A DNA stretch of 64,000 nt, taken from Batkoa obscura. Its lineage: Eukaryota. Positions within the stretch are counted from its first letter, which is position 1. The number at the start of each line of letters is the position of its first letter. Position numbers and translations under genes: made by a program. Below the pieces are notes generated by a model. The model made no database searches and was not told the origin of the DNA. It saw nothing but the letters and a program-made list of their open reading frames with translations. Shown piece by piece: positions 25,498-37,531 of the stretch. The DNA lies in assembly GCA_030770535.1 (NCBI GenBank), contig JASVEC010000011.1, forward strand, positions 248,001-312,000, in the 5' to 3' direction.

Positions 25498-25637
25498 CAT
25501 TTTTCAAAATAAAATAAAATAAAATTGAGCCTCAGATTTGAACTAAATTAATGATTTATATTAAACAATCTCTTATTTTTGTTTTTAATGTTATGCTTAT
25601 TTGTTAGAGCTCTAAAATAATGGTTATATTAGTAAAG

Positions 25638-25744
25638 ATAAGGGAATGTATTTTTTTGTTTAAGAATTTTACTAGCAACCTTTCTGCTCGAATAGCGCTC
25701 AAAAAACGGAAAAAATAATGAAGCCAAAAAAAACACCTGTATAA
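25638..25744 (+). mobile_element. ~107-bp MITE-like element, copy 6
   Basis: ATAAGGGAATGTATTTTTTTGTTTAAGAATTTTACTAGC...AATAGCGCTCAAAAAACGG...AAACACCTGTATAA. Confidence 0.85.
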
Positions 25745-25822
25745 AATCAATCATAATATTCAAATAATAAAACACAAATTTAGTAATAGATACTTTTATT
25801 ATTAATTAAATATGTTCATTAG

Positions 25823-27709
25823 TTATAAATCATTAGCAACTTGCTCCCATACTTTATATGGATTGAATACAGTATCAGCAGTAAAAGATTTATGATTCTT
25901 GGCTGGATTCCAAGTAAACTCCAATGGGCGAAGCTCACTGTATCTAGAAGAATAAGATTCTCTAACAGTGAAACGGACACCGCCATTGATTGGGAGTGGT
26001 TGTGGAGCCGCTGGATCTTTATTTAAACCAGAAGCATTTAAGCTTGATAAAAGACCATCAAGAGAAAATACGGTACCACCAGCAAGAGAGCCGACGGTGG
26101 CTTCTTTATTTTTAAGACCACCAAAAGCATAACTCTTTATATTATGGAATTCTTGAAGACCGTTACTCAAAAGGGTGCAAGTAGAATAGCAGATAGAGTT
26201 AGAAACCAAAGCAATATTTCCAGCCTTGAATGGTTGCTTTCCATTTACTAATAAAGCCCTTAAAGGATTAGCATCACATTTTTCTTGGAATTGAGGAGTG
26301 TATTGACTGTTTCTATTAATACCACGGTAATAAGTCTTTACTTCAGTAAAGGCATTATCTGATGTAAAAGGCTTACCATCAGGTTTATTATAATCTCTTG
26401 GACTAAAGAAGTCATACTCGTACTTTGTTGTAAGTTTAGCGAGTAATGAAGAATAGTGCATATCAGTATTAAAGTATTTTACTTTAGCATCTGGGAAAAG
26501 ATAATCAAGTACATTATAACCCCAGCAAATATAACCACCACCATTGTTACTTACATCTAAAACTAACTTTTCAACTTTTTGATCTTGTAAAGCTTTGAAT
26601 CCCTTGGTAATTTCATCAAACCATTGCTTTTCATCAGCAGAGAAAGTGGAAATAGCAACAACACCAACGTTATTCTTAATGACATAAGTTTTTACAAATG
26701 TTCCATCAACTAATGGTGTTGTAAGTGGGTCCTCAAGCCTTGAGTTAGGTGTGTCAATAGGGGCATCAATTGGAATTTTTTTAAGTTCTGGAACTTCTAA
26801 AACTTGTACTTTGTTAGAGTTACTTGATTTAGCAGAAGAAGAAGCAATTGGAGCGCAATTGTTTTTATAAAAGGAAGCGGAATCAGTAAATGGGGTACTA
26901 GCTGCGCTAGGAGTAGCAATATATGGAACTACCAATTCTTTTTCAAGATATCCATCTCTGACTCTGAAAGTAAGAGTTTCTTTTAATGGAGGAAGTGTGG
27001 TAGAACCAAAAGTTCCGTAACTGACACCCCATTTACCATTACTTTGGATAGAACGAGCAAGAGCGTAATTGATACGAGAGTTAACATCTCTAGAAACACC
27101 AATGTAGTCTTTGGCAAACTCTTCGACATATTCCAAAGGTTGTTTTCCATTGATGGATAATACTTCGGCACCAGCATACTTTAAAACGTCTACACCGGCA
27201 GCCTTCCAAGCATCAAGGAGAGGTTGAGCATAACTCAAGTTCTTAGGAATTCTAACAACTACATTACCCCATTTATCCTCTTCAGTATGAATTGGGAAAG
27301 GTTGTCTAAAACTATAGCTAGCGAAACAATTTGAAGTATATCTTGTGTGTCCATCTTGTAAAGTGTTAAAATATTTAGTGATGGCTACTTGGAATTCACG
27401 TTCGGTATTGTATTTAGCTTTCAAGACGTTGCCTAATTCCTTTTCAATATCTTTGTTACTTGGGATCTTTGGCTCTGGGGATCTTTTAGAAACATCAATA
27501 AAGGCATAGAATGGGAGTACCTTTGTTAAAGTATCTGAAACACCCTTACGTACATTATCAGTTAACTTAAAGCTGTCATAACATGAAAGTACATCTTTGT
27601 AGCCAACTACAGTCTTATTGGCAATTTTGGCACAAGGATCAGAAGGAGCAGCTTGGCCAGCTACTACTGAAACCAAAAGAGCAGTTAAAGGGAAAAATTG
27701 AGCTAACAT
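25823..27709 (-). CDS. Secreted S41-family (tail-specific protease-like) peptidase, intronless, 628 aa
   Basis: Signal-peptide-like MLAQFFPLTALLVSVVAG; LQDGHT; PDZ-like GAEVLSING; LVLDVSNNGGGY; VSNSICYSTC catalytic Ser region. Confidence 0.85.
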   Translation of the reverse strand: MLAQFFPLTALLVSVVAGQAAPSDPCAKIANKTVVGYKDVLSCYDSFKLTDNVRKGVSDTLTKVLPFYAFIDVSKRSPEPKIPSNKDIEKELGNVLKAKYNTEREFQVAITKYFNTLQDGHTRYTSNCFASYSFRQPFPIHTEEDKWGNVVVRIPKNLSYAQPLLDAWKAAGVDVLKYAGAEVLSINGKQPLEYVEEFAKDYIGVSRDVNSRINYALARSIQSNGKWGVSYGTFGSTTLPPLKETLTFRVRDGYLEKELVVPYIATPSAASTPFTDSASFYKNNCAPIASSSAKSSNSNKVQVLEVPELKKIPIDAPIDTPNSRLEDPLTTPLVDGTFVKTYVIKNNVGVVAISTFSADEKQWFDEITKGFKALQDQKVEKLVLDVSNNGGGYICWGYNVLDYLFPDAKVKYFNTDMHYSSLLAKLTTKYEYDFFSPRDYNKPDGKPFTSDNAFTEVKTYYRGINRNSQYTPQFQEKCDANPLRALLVNGKQPFKAGNIALVSNSICYSTCTLLSNGLQEFHNIKSYAFGGLKNKEATVGSLAGGTVFSLDGLLSSLNASGLNKDPAAPQPLPINGGVRFTVRESYSSRYSELRPLEFTWNPAKNHKSFTADTVFNPYKVWEQVANDL

Positions 27710-27750
27710 TAAAATTAATATTTAAGTTAATGAATATGTGTTATTTCGAT

Positions 27751-27767
27751 TCATTTATATACTCCCG
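27751..27767 (-). promoter_or_regulatory. Putative TATA-box core promoter of the S41 peptidase gene
   Basis: Minus-strand CGGGAGTATATAAATGA, 41 nt upstream of the ATG; 16/17 identical to 30209-30225. Confidence 0.55.
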
Positions 27768-28748
27768 AATTCTATAGCGATTTATTATTTTGACTTTTGA
27801 TTTGATTTTGATAACATGATAATTTTTATGGTACTAATTTAGAATAATTTATTAATCCATCATATTTTACCCATTAAAATTCCTCTTTAATTCTTGGATT
27901 AGTAAATTGCATAATATAAACTAAATATTGATATTTATAATAAATATAGTTTATTAATCATGCATACTTTGAGGAAAAAGCCCCCACCATTAGATGTTGT
28001 TTGATAGTAAAAGATATTTCATTTACTAAATTTACTTACATCTGCGTTTAAGCCTTAGTTGTCACTTGATTCAACTTGGAATACTATTTTTTGAATGACC
28101 ATTTTTTATGCCAGTTTTTATAATATTGAGCAGATGAGCTTCTCTAGTTGAATAAACCATTAATTTAAATTGTTTAGCTTCTTTAAAAGTAAACTCTACA
28201 TAAAAACGCTTTTATTATTTTAATTAAGAATTTAATCGAAATTTAGTTGAAAAATTAGCAAAATTAATTAAAGTGGGTTATAAACGCATTCTTTATAAAA
28301 TCAAGATATAGTGTATTTGAAATCCACTATTATATATTACTATTCCAGCACTCTATTAAGTTTTTTTACTTCGTTGTTTAATAAAATTCTAAAAGCTTCA
28401 CATTCACATATTTTTATTATTATTTCGTATGCTTTAAAACTTTAAAAAATATACATTAATTTCATTTAATCGATTGTTTTATAGGAACAAAATAATCGGT
28501 TACTATCAAAAGCTTGTTTTGAATTTGAATAATGGCCATATAAAAAATTACAGTTAAATAAAAAATATTTTATTTAAGCAACAATAATAAATAATTTCAA
28601 ACTAAAATATCTATGCAAAGGTATCGGTGTAAAAAATAATTAAAGTAATATAAATATGTTTAGATACATTTTATTAATAATTATTAGATTGTTTATAAAT
28701 AATCATAATGATTTATATATTATTTTTTGATTATATACTTATTTAAGT

Positions 28749-30173
28749 TTAGAATTTATCAGGATCATCTCTGTCAGTAATAACGTCACCAAATACAATA
28801 TCCATTTCTTCTAAAGATCTACCTTTAGTTTCAGGGAAAAAGAAGTAAATTGAAGCAGCCATAATAAATCCAAAGATACCGAATATAATCATTAGTATCC
28901 AACCGATCTTTTCAATTAATATTGGTACTAATAACCCAACAATGTAATTAAATAGCCAGTTAGAAGCGGTGGATATCGAAATAGCTTTAGATCTTATACT
29001 TAGTGGGAAGATTTCAGAAGGATATATCCATCCTATTGGTCCCCAAGAATAAGCAAACCCTGCAACAAAAGTATAAATAAATACTATAGCTGAGTAGCTT
29101 GCACCTGTATTTGGTGTCACATTGTTAACACCCAATTTGAATCCCCCTAATAAAGAACCAACGAGTATCATGGAAATACCCATGATAAGAGCCCCGGAAA
29201 TTAAAGTAGGCCTTCTTCCCCATTTATCTACAAATAATATTGCAGGTACTGTTGCTGTCATATTAACGATACCATTTATGCCTTGTGCTAATAGTGTTGA
29301 ATTGATACCTGGTAAACCAGCCATTTGGAATATCAATGGTGCATAATACATAATTGCATTTATACCGGTTAATTGTTGGAAGGCTTGAATAGTAATACCC
29401 AATATCACTCTTCTTCTGATAGACCCTCTAAATAGATCTAAATAAGAACCAACTGCAATTTCCCTTTCTAACAATACTTCTCTTTTAATTTCATCATATT
29501 CCTCTTGAACAATAGGATGGAATACATCACCACCTGCTCTTAAATCGGCAATCACTCTTTTTCCTTCTTCGTCTCTATCTTTGTCAATTAGCCATCTAGG
29601 AGAGAATGGTAAGAAGATAGTCCCAATTGCTAATATAACAGCAGGAGCTGCTTGTAAACCTAGTGGTAATCTCCAGGCTAAATCGTCATAGAAGCCTTGA
29701 CATAAATAATCTACCCAAAATGATGCAGCAATACCAACTGTAATTGCAAATTGTTGTAATGAAATCAACCTACCACGTATATCGGGAGAGCTTATTTCAC
29801 TTTGATACAATGGAACAACCATAGATAGCTGTCCAACTGAGAATCCTGCAATGAATCTTCCAGCATAAAGCATCCCAAGGTTCATAGCACCACTTTGTAG
29901 TCCAGCTCCTAAAATAAATATTACAGATGCTAGTAGTATGGTATATTTGCGCCCCATTCTATCGGCTAATATACCGCTTACTAATGATCCAACAAATGCT
30001 CCTGCAATTAATGTAGATACGATAGCTCCTTGTACTAAAGAATTTATAGGGAAAAAGGCACGAACGAAACTAGGCGTGACTAAAATTCCAGATATTACAC
30101 CAGTATCATAACCAAAAAGGAAACCGCCAATAGCGGCAAACATCGACACCGTATAAACTAACAATCTACTCAT
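28749..30173 (-). CDS. MFS sugar porter family transporter (intronless, 474 aa)
   Basis: GGFLFGYDTGVISG, ADRMGRK, PLYQSEIS, PFSPRWL, FQQLTGINAIMYY, VDKWGRRP, PETKGRSLEEM. Confidence 0.95.
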   Translation of the reverse strand: MSRLLVYTVSMFAAIGGFLFGYDTGVISGILVTPSFVRAFFPINSLVQGAIVSTLIAGAFVGSLVSGILADRMGRKYTILLASVIFILGAGLQSGAMNLGMLYAGRFIAGFSVGQLSMVVPLYQSEISSPDIRGRLISLQQFAITVGIAASFWVDYLCQGFYDDLAWRLPLGLQAAPAVILAIGTIFLPFSPRWLIDKDRDEEGKRVIADLRAGGDVFHPIVQEEYDEIKREVLLEREIAVGSYLDLFRGSIRRRVILGITIQAFQQLTGINAIMYYAPLIFQMAGLPGINSTLLAQGINGIVNMTATVPAILFVDKWGRRPTLISGALIMGISMILVGSLLGGFKLGVNNVTPNTGASYSAIVFIYTFVAGFAYSWGPIGWIYPSEIFPLSIRSKAISISTASNWLFNYIVGLLVPILIEKIGWILMIIFGIFGFIMAASIYFFFPETKGRSLEEMDIVFGDVITDRDDPDKF

Positions 30174-30208
30174 GTTTTAAAATTTAAAAATAATTAAACT
30201 ACTTTATC

Positions 30209-30225
30209 TCATTTATATACTCTCG
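30209..30225 (-). promoter_or_regulatory. Putative TATA-box core promoter of the sugar porter gene
   Basis: Minus-strand CGAGAGTATATAAATGA, 35 nt upstream of the ATG. Confidence 0.55.
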
Positions 30226-31750
30226 TTTAACATCTTTTTCAAAGTTCCGTTAAATCACACTCTTTCGCCCATGTTATTTTTGTCTTTTTAAACTACCATG
30301 CTCTAACTAACTTTTCCCCCAGTTTATTTTTCTTTATTCAATTAATTTAATTTGCCCACCCTTGATCGTAAGTTACTTTTACCTTTTAAAACCTGGATTT
30401 GATAAATCACATTATTATTTTCTTCATTTAGATTAATACGAAGTTATTAAATACTAAGTTTTAAATAAACCTTATAATAAATATCGAAAAAATAAATTAC
30501 CATTAAAAGATTTTAAAGTATAAGATTTATAAAGATTAAATCTAATATTTTACTACATATTGTCGGTTGTTTAAAAAAAAGTAGAAAAATTAAATTTTAT
30601 TTTTTATTTAAATTTAAACATTTATTCTTGTATAATTAATAAATCATATCATTAAATTTTTTTATTGTATGTTTATAGTTGCTTTTATATCTAATTAAAA
30701 ACTTTGTATAGAACTTTTATTATATACTGAAATTCATAAAATGTTGTAATGATTATTTATAAACAGTTATTTTATTATTTGTTACAATTTAAAATTTGAA
30801 AATATAACCTAAATTTAATTGCCACAAAAATTAACTAATAGTTACAAATAATTGTATAGTTCAAGTACAAAACGGTTAACTTGGTAAGATAATATTTTTA
30901 TTAACAGAACTCTATACCCTTAATACTTGAATTTTTTTACATAATGATTATTATCAAATATCATATTCATTGATTATTGCATCAATTTAAAATGTTTGGG
31001 GAGTATACTTTTATAGAGATATGTTAAAAACTAAATGTAATAAATTCCCCAACTTATTTAAATATTGTCTATAAAGACATTGTTCAATGGCAATATCGTA
31101 AGCAGGTGTATTTTCAAATAGTATAAAAACAAAAGGTAATTTTTTTCATTAAACTTGGGAATGTATAAAAAATTTAGTTTACACAATTTCTATAAAATAA
31201 ATTATTTTTTAAACTTAACAATTAATTACAATTATCTTTTATCTACCAAATGACTCTTTGAAGCTTAACGTATGGACTGAGTTAAACTAACATTTTTTTA
31301 TCTGGTCGAATAAAGTCCTTTACTATATTTTATAAATACATAATCTAAAAGATGGCAATCATGCTTTTTCTGGCCAGATTAATACTATAAAATCCCCAAA
31401 ATAAAAATTCTAAACAGCAAGCTATTTTTCTAACAAGTATATTAATTTAAATACTAAAGAATATTTATCAAATTATAACGTCATTCAATAACCTTTCAAA
31501 TACTAACTTTTGAAGTACTACTATCATTGAAAGCGATATTAAGTTTATATGACATTGAATTTATTAATAACTGATGATAGTTGTAATCAAGGTTTAGAGA
31601 AAATAACCGAGATATAAAAGTAAAAACTAGACATAGTTGAAGAGCCATGAAAATTTAAAATACTTAGGCTACTAATACAAAAAAAAACCTAGCCTGTAAA
31701 TATAAAACATATATGGGTACAGAATAATAATGAAGGTGATGATCTAGTAA

Positions 31751-34582
31751 TTAAATTCTGGAAGCAGCAATGCGTGTGGATTTTCCAGAAAGTTGAAATT
31801 CTTTAGCACTTAAAGAAAGTCTAAAAGTTTCATCATTTTTAGTTGAACTTCCAGCAGGATTGCTTGCTCCTTTATTGTTAGACTTTTCTTCTCCCATAGT
31901 GCATTTCAAAATTTTACTTTGAATCCTTTTAGCATACGAAGTTCCTCGAACTGAATTTAATAACGGCTTGATGCATGCAATAAGCTAAAAAAAATAATTA
32001 CGATTTATCAAAATAAAACAAAAAAGTTACCTTATCACGTTGAGTTATTTCTGCAAACTCTAAACTAGTTTGCACTACATAATTGGCATAAGAGTCTCTA
32101 ATTAAAAGATCAAGTCTTTCTCTACTAAGCAACTCCTGAATAAGCTCGAATCTTAATTTGTCATCAGCTATTCTAATACATTTCTCAATAACATTTGAAC
32201 TAAATTTCTGTACTGAGAGAGCGCATACATTTCCTTTGAATTGAGATATAATCATATCTGCATATGATTTAATATTTAAATCCAAAAGATATTGTACGAC
32301 ATAGTTTCCAAATGGATCTTGAACTAGTTTAAAAGCATGCTCTGTGATAGCATCAATCAATTGTTGTTTTTGTTCTGGTGAAGCAAAATCAATACAACGT
32401 TGTAATACGCAACATCCGTGACGATGAGTTGCAACTTGCATAGTGTATTTCGAAACAGAGTCGTAAATAAACTATTGTTATTTAGCTATTGCTTTTAGTA
32501 TATAAAGTTAAAAACAAACCTGATTATGCTTAGAATCAAGGCGATTGATACATTTTTGGATAACATGATTTCCATGAATGTCCTAATCATAAGTTAGTAT
32601 AATATATATTATACTAATAATAAAAATACCTTAATTAAATCGACAACATGATCTTTGATGGCTTCAGAAAGAGAGGTAATCTATACAAAAGTTAGGAACA
32701 GAAAAGATAAAATAATCAATAATCTACCGAATTACTAGCTTCAGAATCAGTACATGAAGCCAGAAATTCTAACATCTTTTGAACAGCACGTGTACCATGC
32801 ATATCCATTGAGATGAATACTAAAACAGGTGTAATGGATTTTAAAAGCTGTAATCTATGTTCAGGTTTAGTATGCTCAACTAATTTTTGACATAAGTAAT
32901 TTCCAAATGGATGAGTCATTAACGTGGAAAATTTAGGAAACACTTCTTTAAAAATTATATCTGTTTGTTCATAATTTTCTTCTTCCAATTTTTTTTGTAA
33001 ATAGCGGCAACCATGTTGGTCTAAACAAAGAATTGGAATTTTACCAACGTGAGTATTGAAATCCTTAGAAAATTGTTTATCTATTTTAAAATTAATTAAC
33101 TGCATTCTGTGATATAAAATAACTTATACCTGGTGAATTGGAACAACCAGTTTCGTCTCCTGAACTTTTTGAGCTCTTAACAGGTAAAGGTATATTTTGT
33201 GCATGAGAAGCAGAAGTTTGACGATTATTTGATGCTTTTGGTGATACTATTGGGGGTGATTTAAGTGCAAAGTTCACATGATCTGGGTTGTATGCTATCC
33301 CAGAAGAAACCCTCCTACTAATAGGTATAGTTGATAAAGAAGGCTGGAAAGCTTTTACAGAATTCATTGGAGCTCTAGCTGGTGAATGATTATTAAGTAA
33401 TTCTGATTTAGAGATATGTTTAAATTGGCAACGATTTCCTTTAGTACAATGACCTTGGAGATAAAAACGACAAACACCATTAAGGTTTGGTTCAGAGTTT
33501 GGGTTCCAGGTGGAGTTTGTATTGGGGATATTTTGATGATTATTGAAATGAAGGCCAGTAGTCAATGCATCCATTGGTAAGTGATGGGCTAAAATATGTT
33601 AGTTTGGATATAAACAATATGATTAAGATTTACCTTTTGCAGTATAAAGGTCACAGAAATGGGTAGCGGAGCGAGTTCTTACCATTGGACGAGCAGATCC
33701 AGAGTTGAATGTAGAATCTGAGTTTGGATTCATCATAGATGACATGAAATTATTATGATCGGACATATTTCTCATTGATTCATATTCAAAATTATGTTGG
33801 TTTGACATTAACCTATTATCTTCTAAAGATGACATAATATTATCTTGATAGTCATAGCCTTTATAAGAATCATTGCTACGTGGGGAGGTATATTCTGAAT
33901 CAAACTCATTTTCTAAAAAGTGAGTATCTATTTTTGGGAGCATATACCCTCGGTCATTATTTGGAAGTTTCACGTCTTTCTGGAAAGGAACTGCTGGTGC
34001 TGAGGCTTTACGTGCAGTAAAAGTGTCCGTATAATTCTTCATTAGAGGTTCTCCAATATAAAAGTTTGAAGACTCAAAAAGGCTATTCAGGTGATCATTT
34101 GAATTACGACGAGTAATCGGAACAGATCTAGGGTTAAAATAATCCTTATTATTTTGAGGTGAAATAGGTGAAGTTGGAGAAGTAATTTGGGATGAAGAGT
34201 GGAAGGTAGATAATGACTCGGAGTTATAACTTGAGTTAACCAATGATGGAAAGGTATCAGTAAATATAGCACTTTGCGAACGGAATACTTGGGGTGGAAC
34301 CCTTTGATCATCTTTATCAGCTAAGGATGGTAAAGTGGGACTAAATATTGGCCTTGAATAAGACATTTGACCAACTGAATCACTCATATTCATATTCATA
34401 TTAGACCTATTTGCCATACTTAGAGATAAGCTACGGTTTGGTTTAACTAAAGGCTGGGTGTTTGTGAAAGTTGAATGAAACGGAAAATAAAAAGAGATAT
34501 CTTGATCAGGTTTATCATTTGTTGAGAAAAGATCATGCTCGTGGATTGGTTTACTTTTACTCAAATGAATATGATCCGACAT
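31751..34582 (-). CDS. Pumilio/PUF RNA-binding protein (Puf4/Puf5-type repeats) with a CCCH zinc finger, multi-exon
   Basis: Eight PUF repeats with recognition helices CRYLQ, NYLCQ, TRAVQ, NHVIQ, CCVLQ, NYVVQ, SNVIE, NYVVQ. CCCH finger CRFYLQGHCTKGNRCQFKH. Last exon LIACIKPLLNSVRGTSYAKRIQSKIL, stop at 31753-31751. Confidence 0.92.
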
Positions 34583-36487
34583 CTTCCTTCTTCGATAAAG
34601 ATATACACAAAAAAATAATTATTTAAATTAAAACTTTTATAATTTAAAGTGAAAATAGAACCAGCTTCAAAACTTAATAACAATAATTATAAATGAAGAT
34701 AAATAAAGTTTAATAAAAGATGGTCAATGGTTATGCTCAACCAAAAGTTAAGTTAAGAAGAGCAAGTCAAGTAAGTTCTTACTCTTATTTTTTTATGATT
34801 TCCATAAGTGGCTATTATCATATGGCTAAAATGACATTTGATCTGATTGGTAGGAGTGATCAAATCTTAAGGAAATTCCTTTTGATTAAGAAAAATAGTG
34901 ATATCAAATTGAAAATTATACATGCTATTTCATCTAGATCTATTTTATTGGGTAAATAGTAATCTATTAAAGCTTTTTTATAGCTAAAAATGCTTTCAAA
35001 TATACATAAAGTAGAAATTTAATTAGTAAAGTTAAATAAATGACCCCAAAGTTTCAAGAATAAGTATGAGAACTTGAATTGAAATACAAAAATTATCCAC
35101 TCCTTATTTTTAACTTGTTAAAATAATAATAATAATAAATAACCAATCATATATCTATTATATTATACAGTTACCCTATTAAATCATTGAGTTAATTACA
35201 CTTTGAAAATTGATTCCATTTTGATATAAACTAGAAAGGAAGTTTGAATTAACTTTGAATTTCAGCATTTTATAGTTGTAAATTTATGGCGAAGTTAAAA
35301 TACAATTGTATGAAACTGAGGACTATCTTTTTTATCACTTGTTTGAAGCACTTTAGTTATTGATTCATTGAAAATATCTTAATAGATAAAATTATTGCCC
35401 AAGTCCCCTTAAAATTTGTACTTTACAATTACCTATTTTTACATGTAAACTTGATTTTAGTTTCTATGGCTATAAACTCCTAAATTATAATTATCAGTTA
35501 AATAATTTAAGACAAAATATAAACTAGTTATATAAAAACTCAGTCCTTTTTATAGTCCTTGTCACGCAGTTATATATTTAACGTTATACCATATACATAA
35601 AGTAAACATATCTATATTTTAATATTAAGTCAAAAAAGTCAAGTCGAACCTTAATTAAATATAATAATTTATTTTTATGAAACTTATGGTAGAATAAAAA
35701 CATTACGAAATATTTATAAAAATTAATAATAGTGAGTAACTTCCTATAGAAACTTTAATTTCCAATAAAAAAAACATTTGAAATTTATAAAATAAAAAAT
35801 ATAATCAATTTAAGGGTAAGGATCAAAAAGATATATTTAACTCAAAAAAAAGAAAATAGGAACACTATTTTATAGATAATTGCTGCATTTAGAAATCATT
35901 ATAATAATTATAGCTAAAGCTTTAGTCTTAGAAAAACAAGTTGCCAACAAACGTACTTGATACTCTTATAAATTATTTCATAGTTTTTATTACATTGGGT
36001 AAGCAGTAAAAGCAATTTATTACATGTACACCTCATATTTAGATTAAAAATTAATTATCATAATTAATTAATAATAGAATGTATAATTATATTTATTCCC
36101 GATAATACTTGAAATGACTTGATTTGTATTAAATTATTGAAGGATTTATAAATAGATTTAAAGGAAATATTATATCATATTCATGATATATATTGTTTAA
36201 CTACTATAATATTAAATTTAAAATATGAAAGCTTTGTGATATGTTATATTTTGTTTAATTACTTATAATGTGTTATAACTCCAATCTATTAACTATATTT
36301 TCAAATCTTGCCTAAGGCAGCGTTAATTTAATAGATTTAATGGCTATATCTGGAATTAAAATGAGACGTTTTAATTAATACACATTTATAAATAATGTTA
36401 GCTAATTTTGAATATTTTATTTTATCTTTCTTCCAATATCCAGGACATTAGTAAATTGAATCTTTTTCCAGTTTAATTTTTACTGAA

Positions 36488-36590
36488 AATAGGGATATCT
36501 TTTTTGGTTTAAGAGATTAACCAACTTTTTTTCACATAATAGCGCTTGAAAAATGGAAAAAATAATGAAACTAAAAAAGATCACCCTAAA
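36488..36590 (+). mobile_element. ~107-bp MITE-like element, copy 7 (more diverged)
   Basis: ATAGGGATATCTTTTTTGGTTTAAGAG...AATAGCGCTTGAAAAATGGAAAAAATAATGAAAC...CACCCTA. Confidence 0.8.
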
Positions 36591-36801
36591 TTGGGGATTA
36601 AGCACAAAATGCTACGGAAATAGTTGTATTTTTGTTTAATAGAGCTAGTTATGTTTAGATCCCTTTTGTTTTTTAATATGCTTTCAACTTTTTTATAGAA
36701 ATTTAATAAGTATGCCTTTTATATCTCATTAAATTCGAATAAAATGAACTACCAATGAATTAAAATAAACAAAAGGCATATAATACAACCTGTTCTATTA
36801 A

Positions 36802-36910
36802 CCCTTTGAGTGCCGGACATCTCAATTTTCTAGCGTTTGAGTGGACCATGACGTCAAGTATTTTATGCCAATTAAATCAACACATTTTTTGAAATTCAAT
36901 ACTTAAAGGG
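36802..36910. mobile_element. 109-bp piggyBac-type miniature element
   Basis: TTAA (36798-36801) + CCCTTTGAGT ... ACTTAAAGGG + TTAA (36911-36914): 9/10 inverted termini starting with CCC, flanked by a TTAA duplication. Confidence 0.6.
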
Positions 36911-37531
36911 TTAATTTGATTGAAATTGTATGCGAGCTTAGCTAACATGATTCTAGTTTAATTTCAAACCGCACAAAGTTTTACTTTAATCGAAAAATTG
37001 TGAGCAATGCTCCTTATTCATTTTACTCTACAAAACATTTGTAAGTATAGCTCATCCATGGTACTAAAGTAATGGAATTTTAAACTAACTTTTAAGTTCC
37101 TTAGGTTTAATCACTTGCAAAATTAATATTGAATGCTGCAAAAAAATTAAGCATAAATTAATTTAAAAAATAGCTTCAACGTCACTAATAGTAATAGCTT
37201 TTTGAAATTTAATCAAATATTGAATTGGAATTGGAATTTCGGTCTCTTGATCTTTTTCTATCAAAATTAACTGAAGTAAAATATTATTTTTGAAATTCAA
37301 TTCGATAAACTAAATAATGTTGTCAATTAAACAATAGATAATCTTTCAATTATATATATGAAATAAGAAGATCAAATATTTAAAGAAACATTTGATTTAC
37401 AATAAAACATCAAGATGAAAAATATCGAAAAGATTGCTAAGTTTAAAAACATTAAAAATAAAAGGTTTGTTTACTTTGTTAAAATCATAATAAAGTATAT
37501 ATTAATAAGTGTAGTTTAAATAAGCACCAAA

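Noticed and set aside
15684..30173. Zn2Cys6 TF + hydrolase + peptidase + transporter as a secondary-metabolite cluster
   Set aside because: There is no backbone synthase (PKS, NRPS or terpene synthase), and the housekeeping gene PRP5 interrupts the set.
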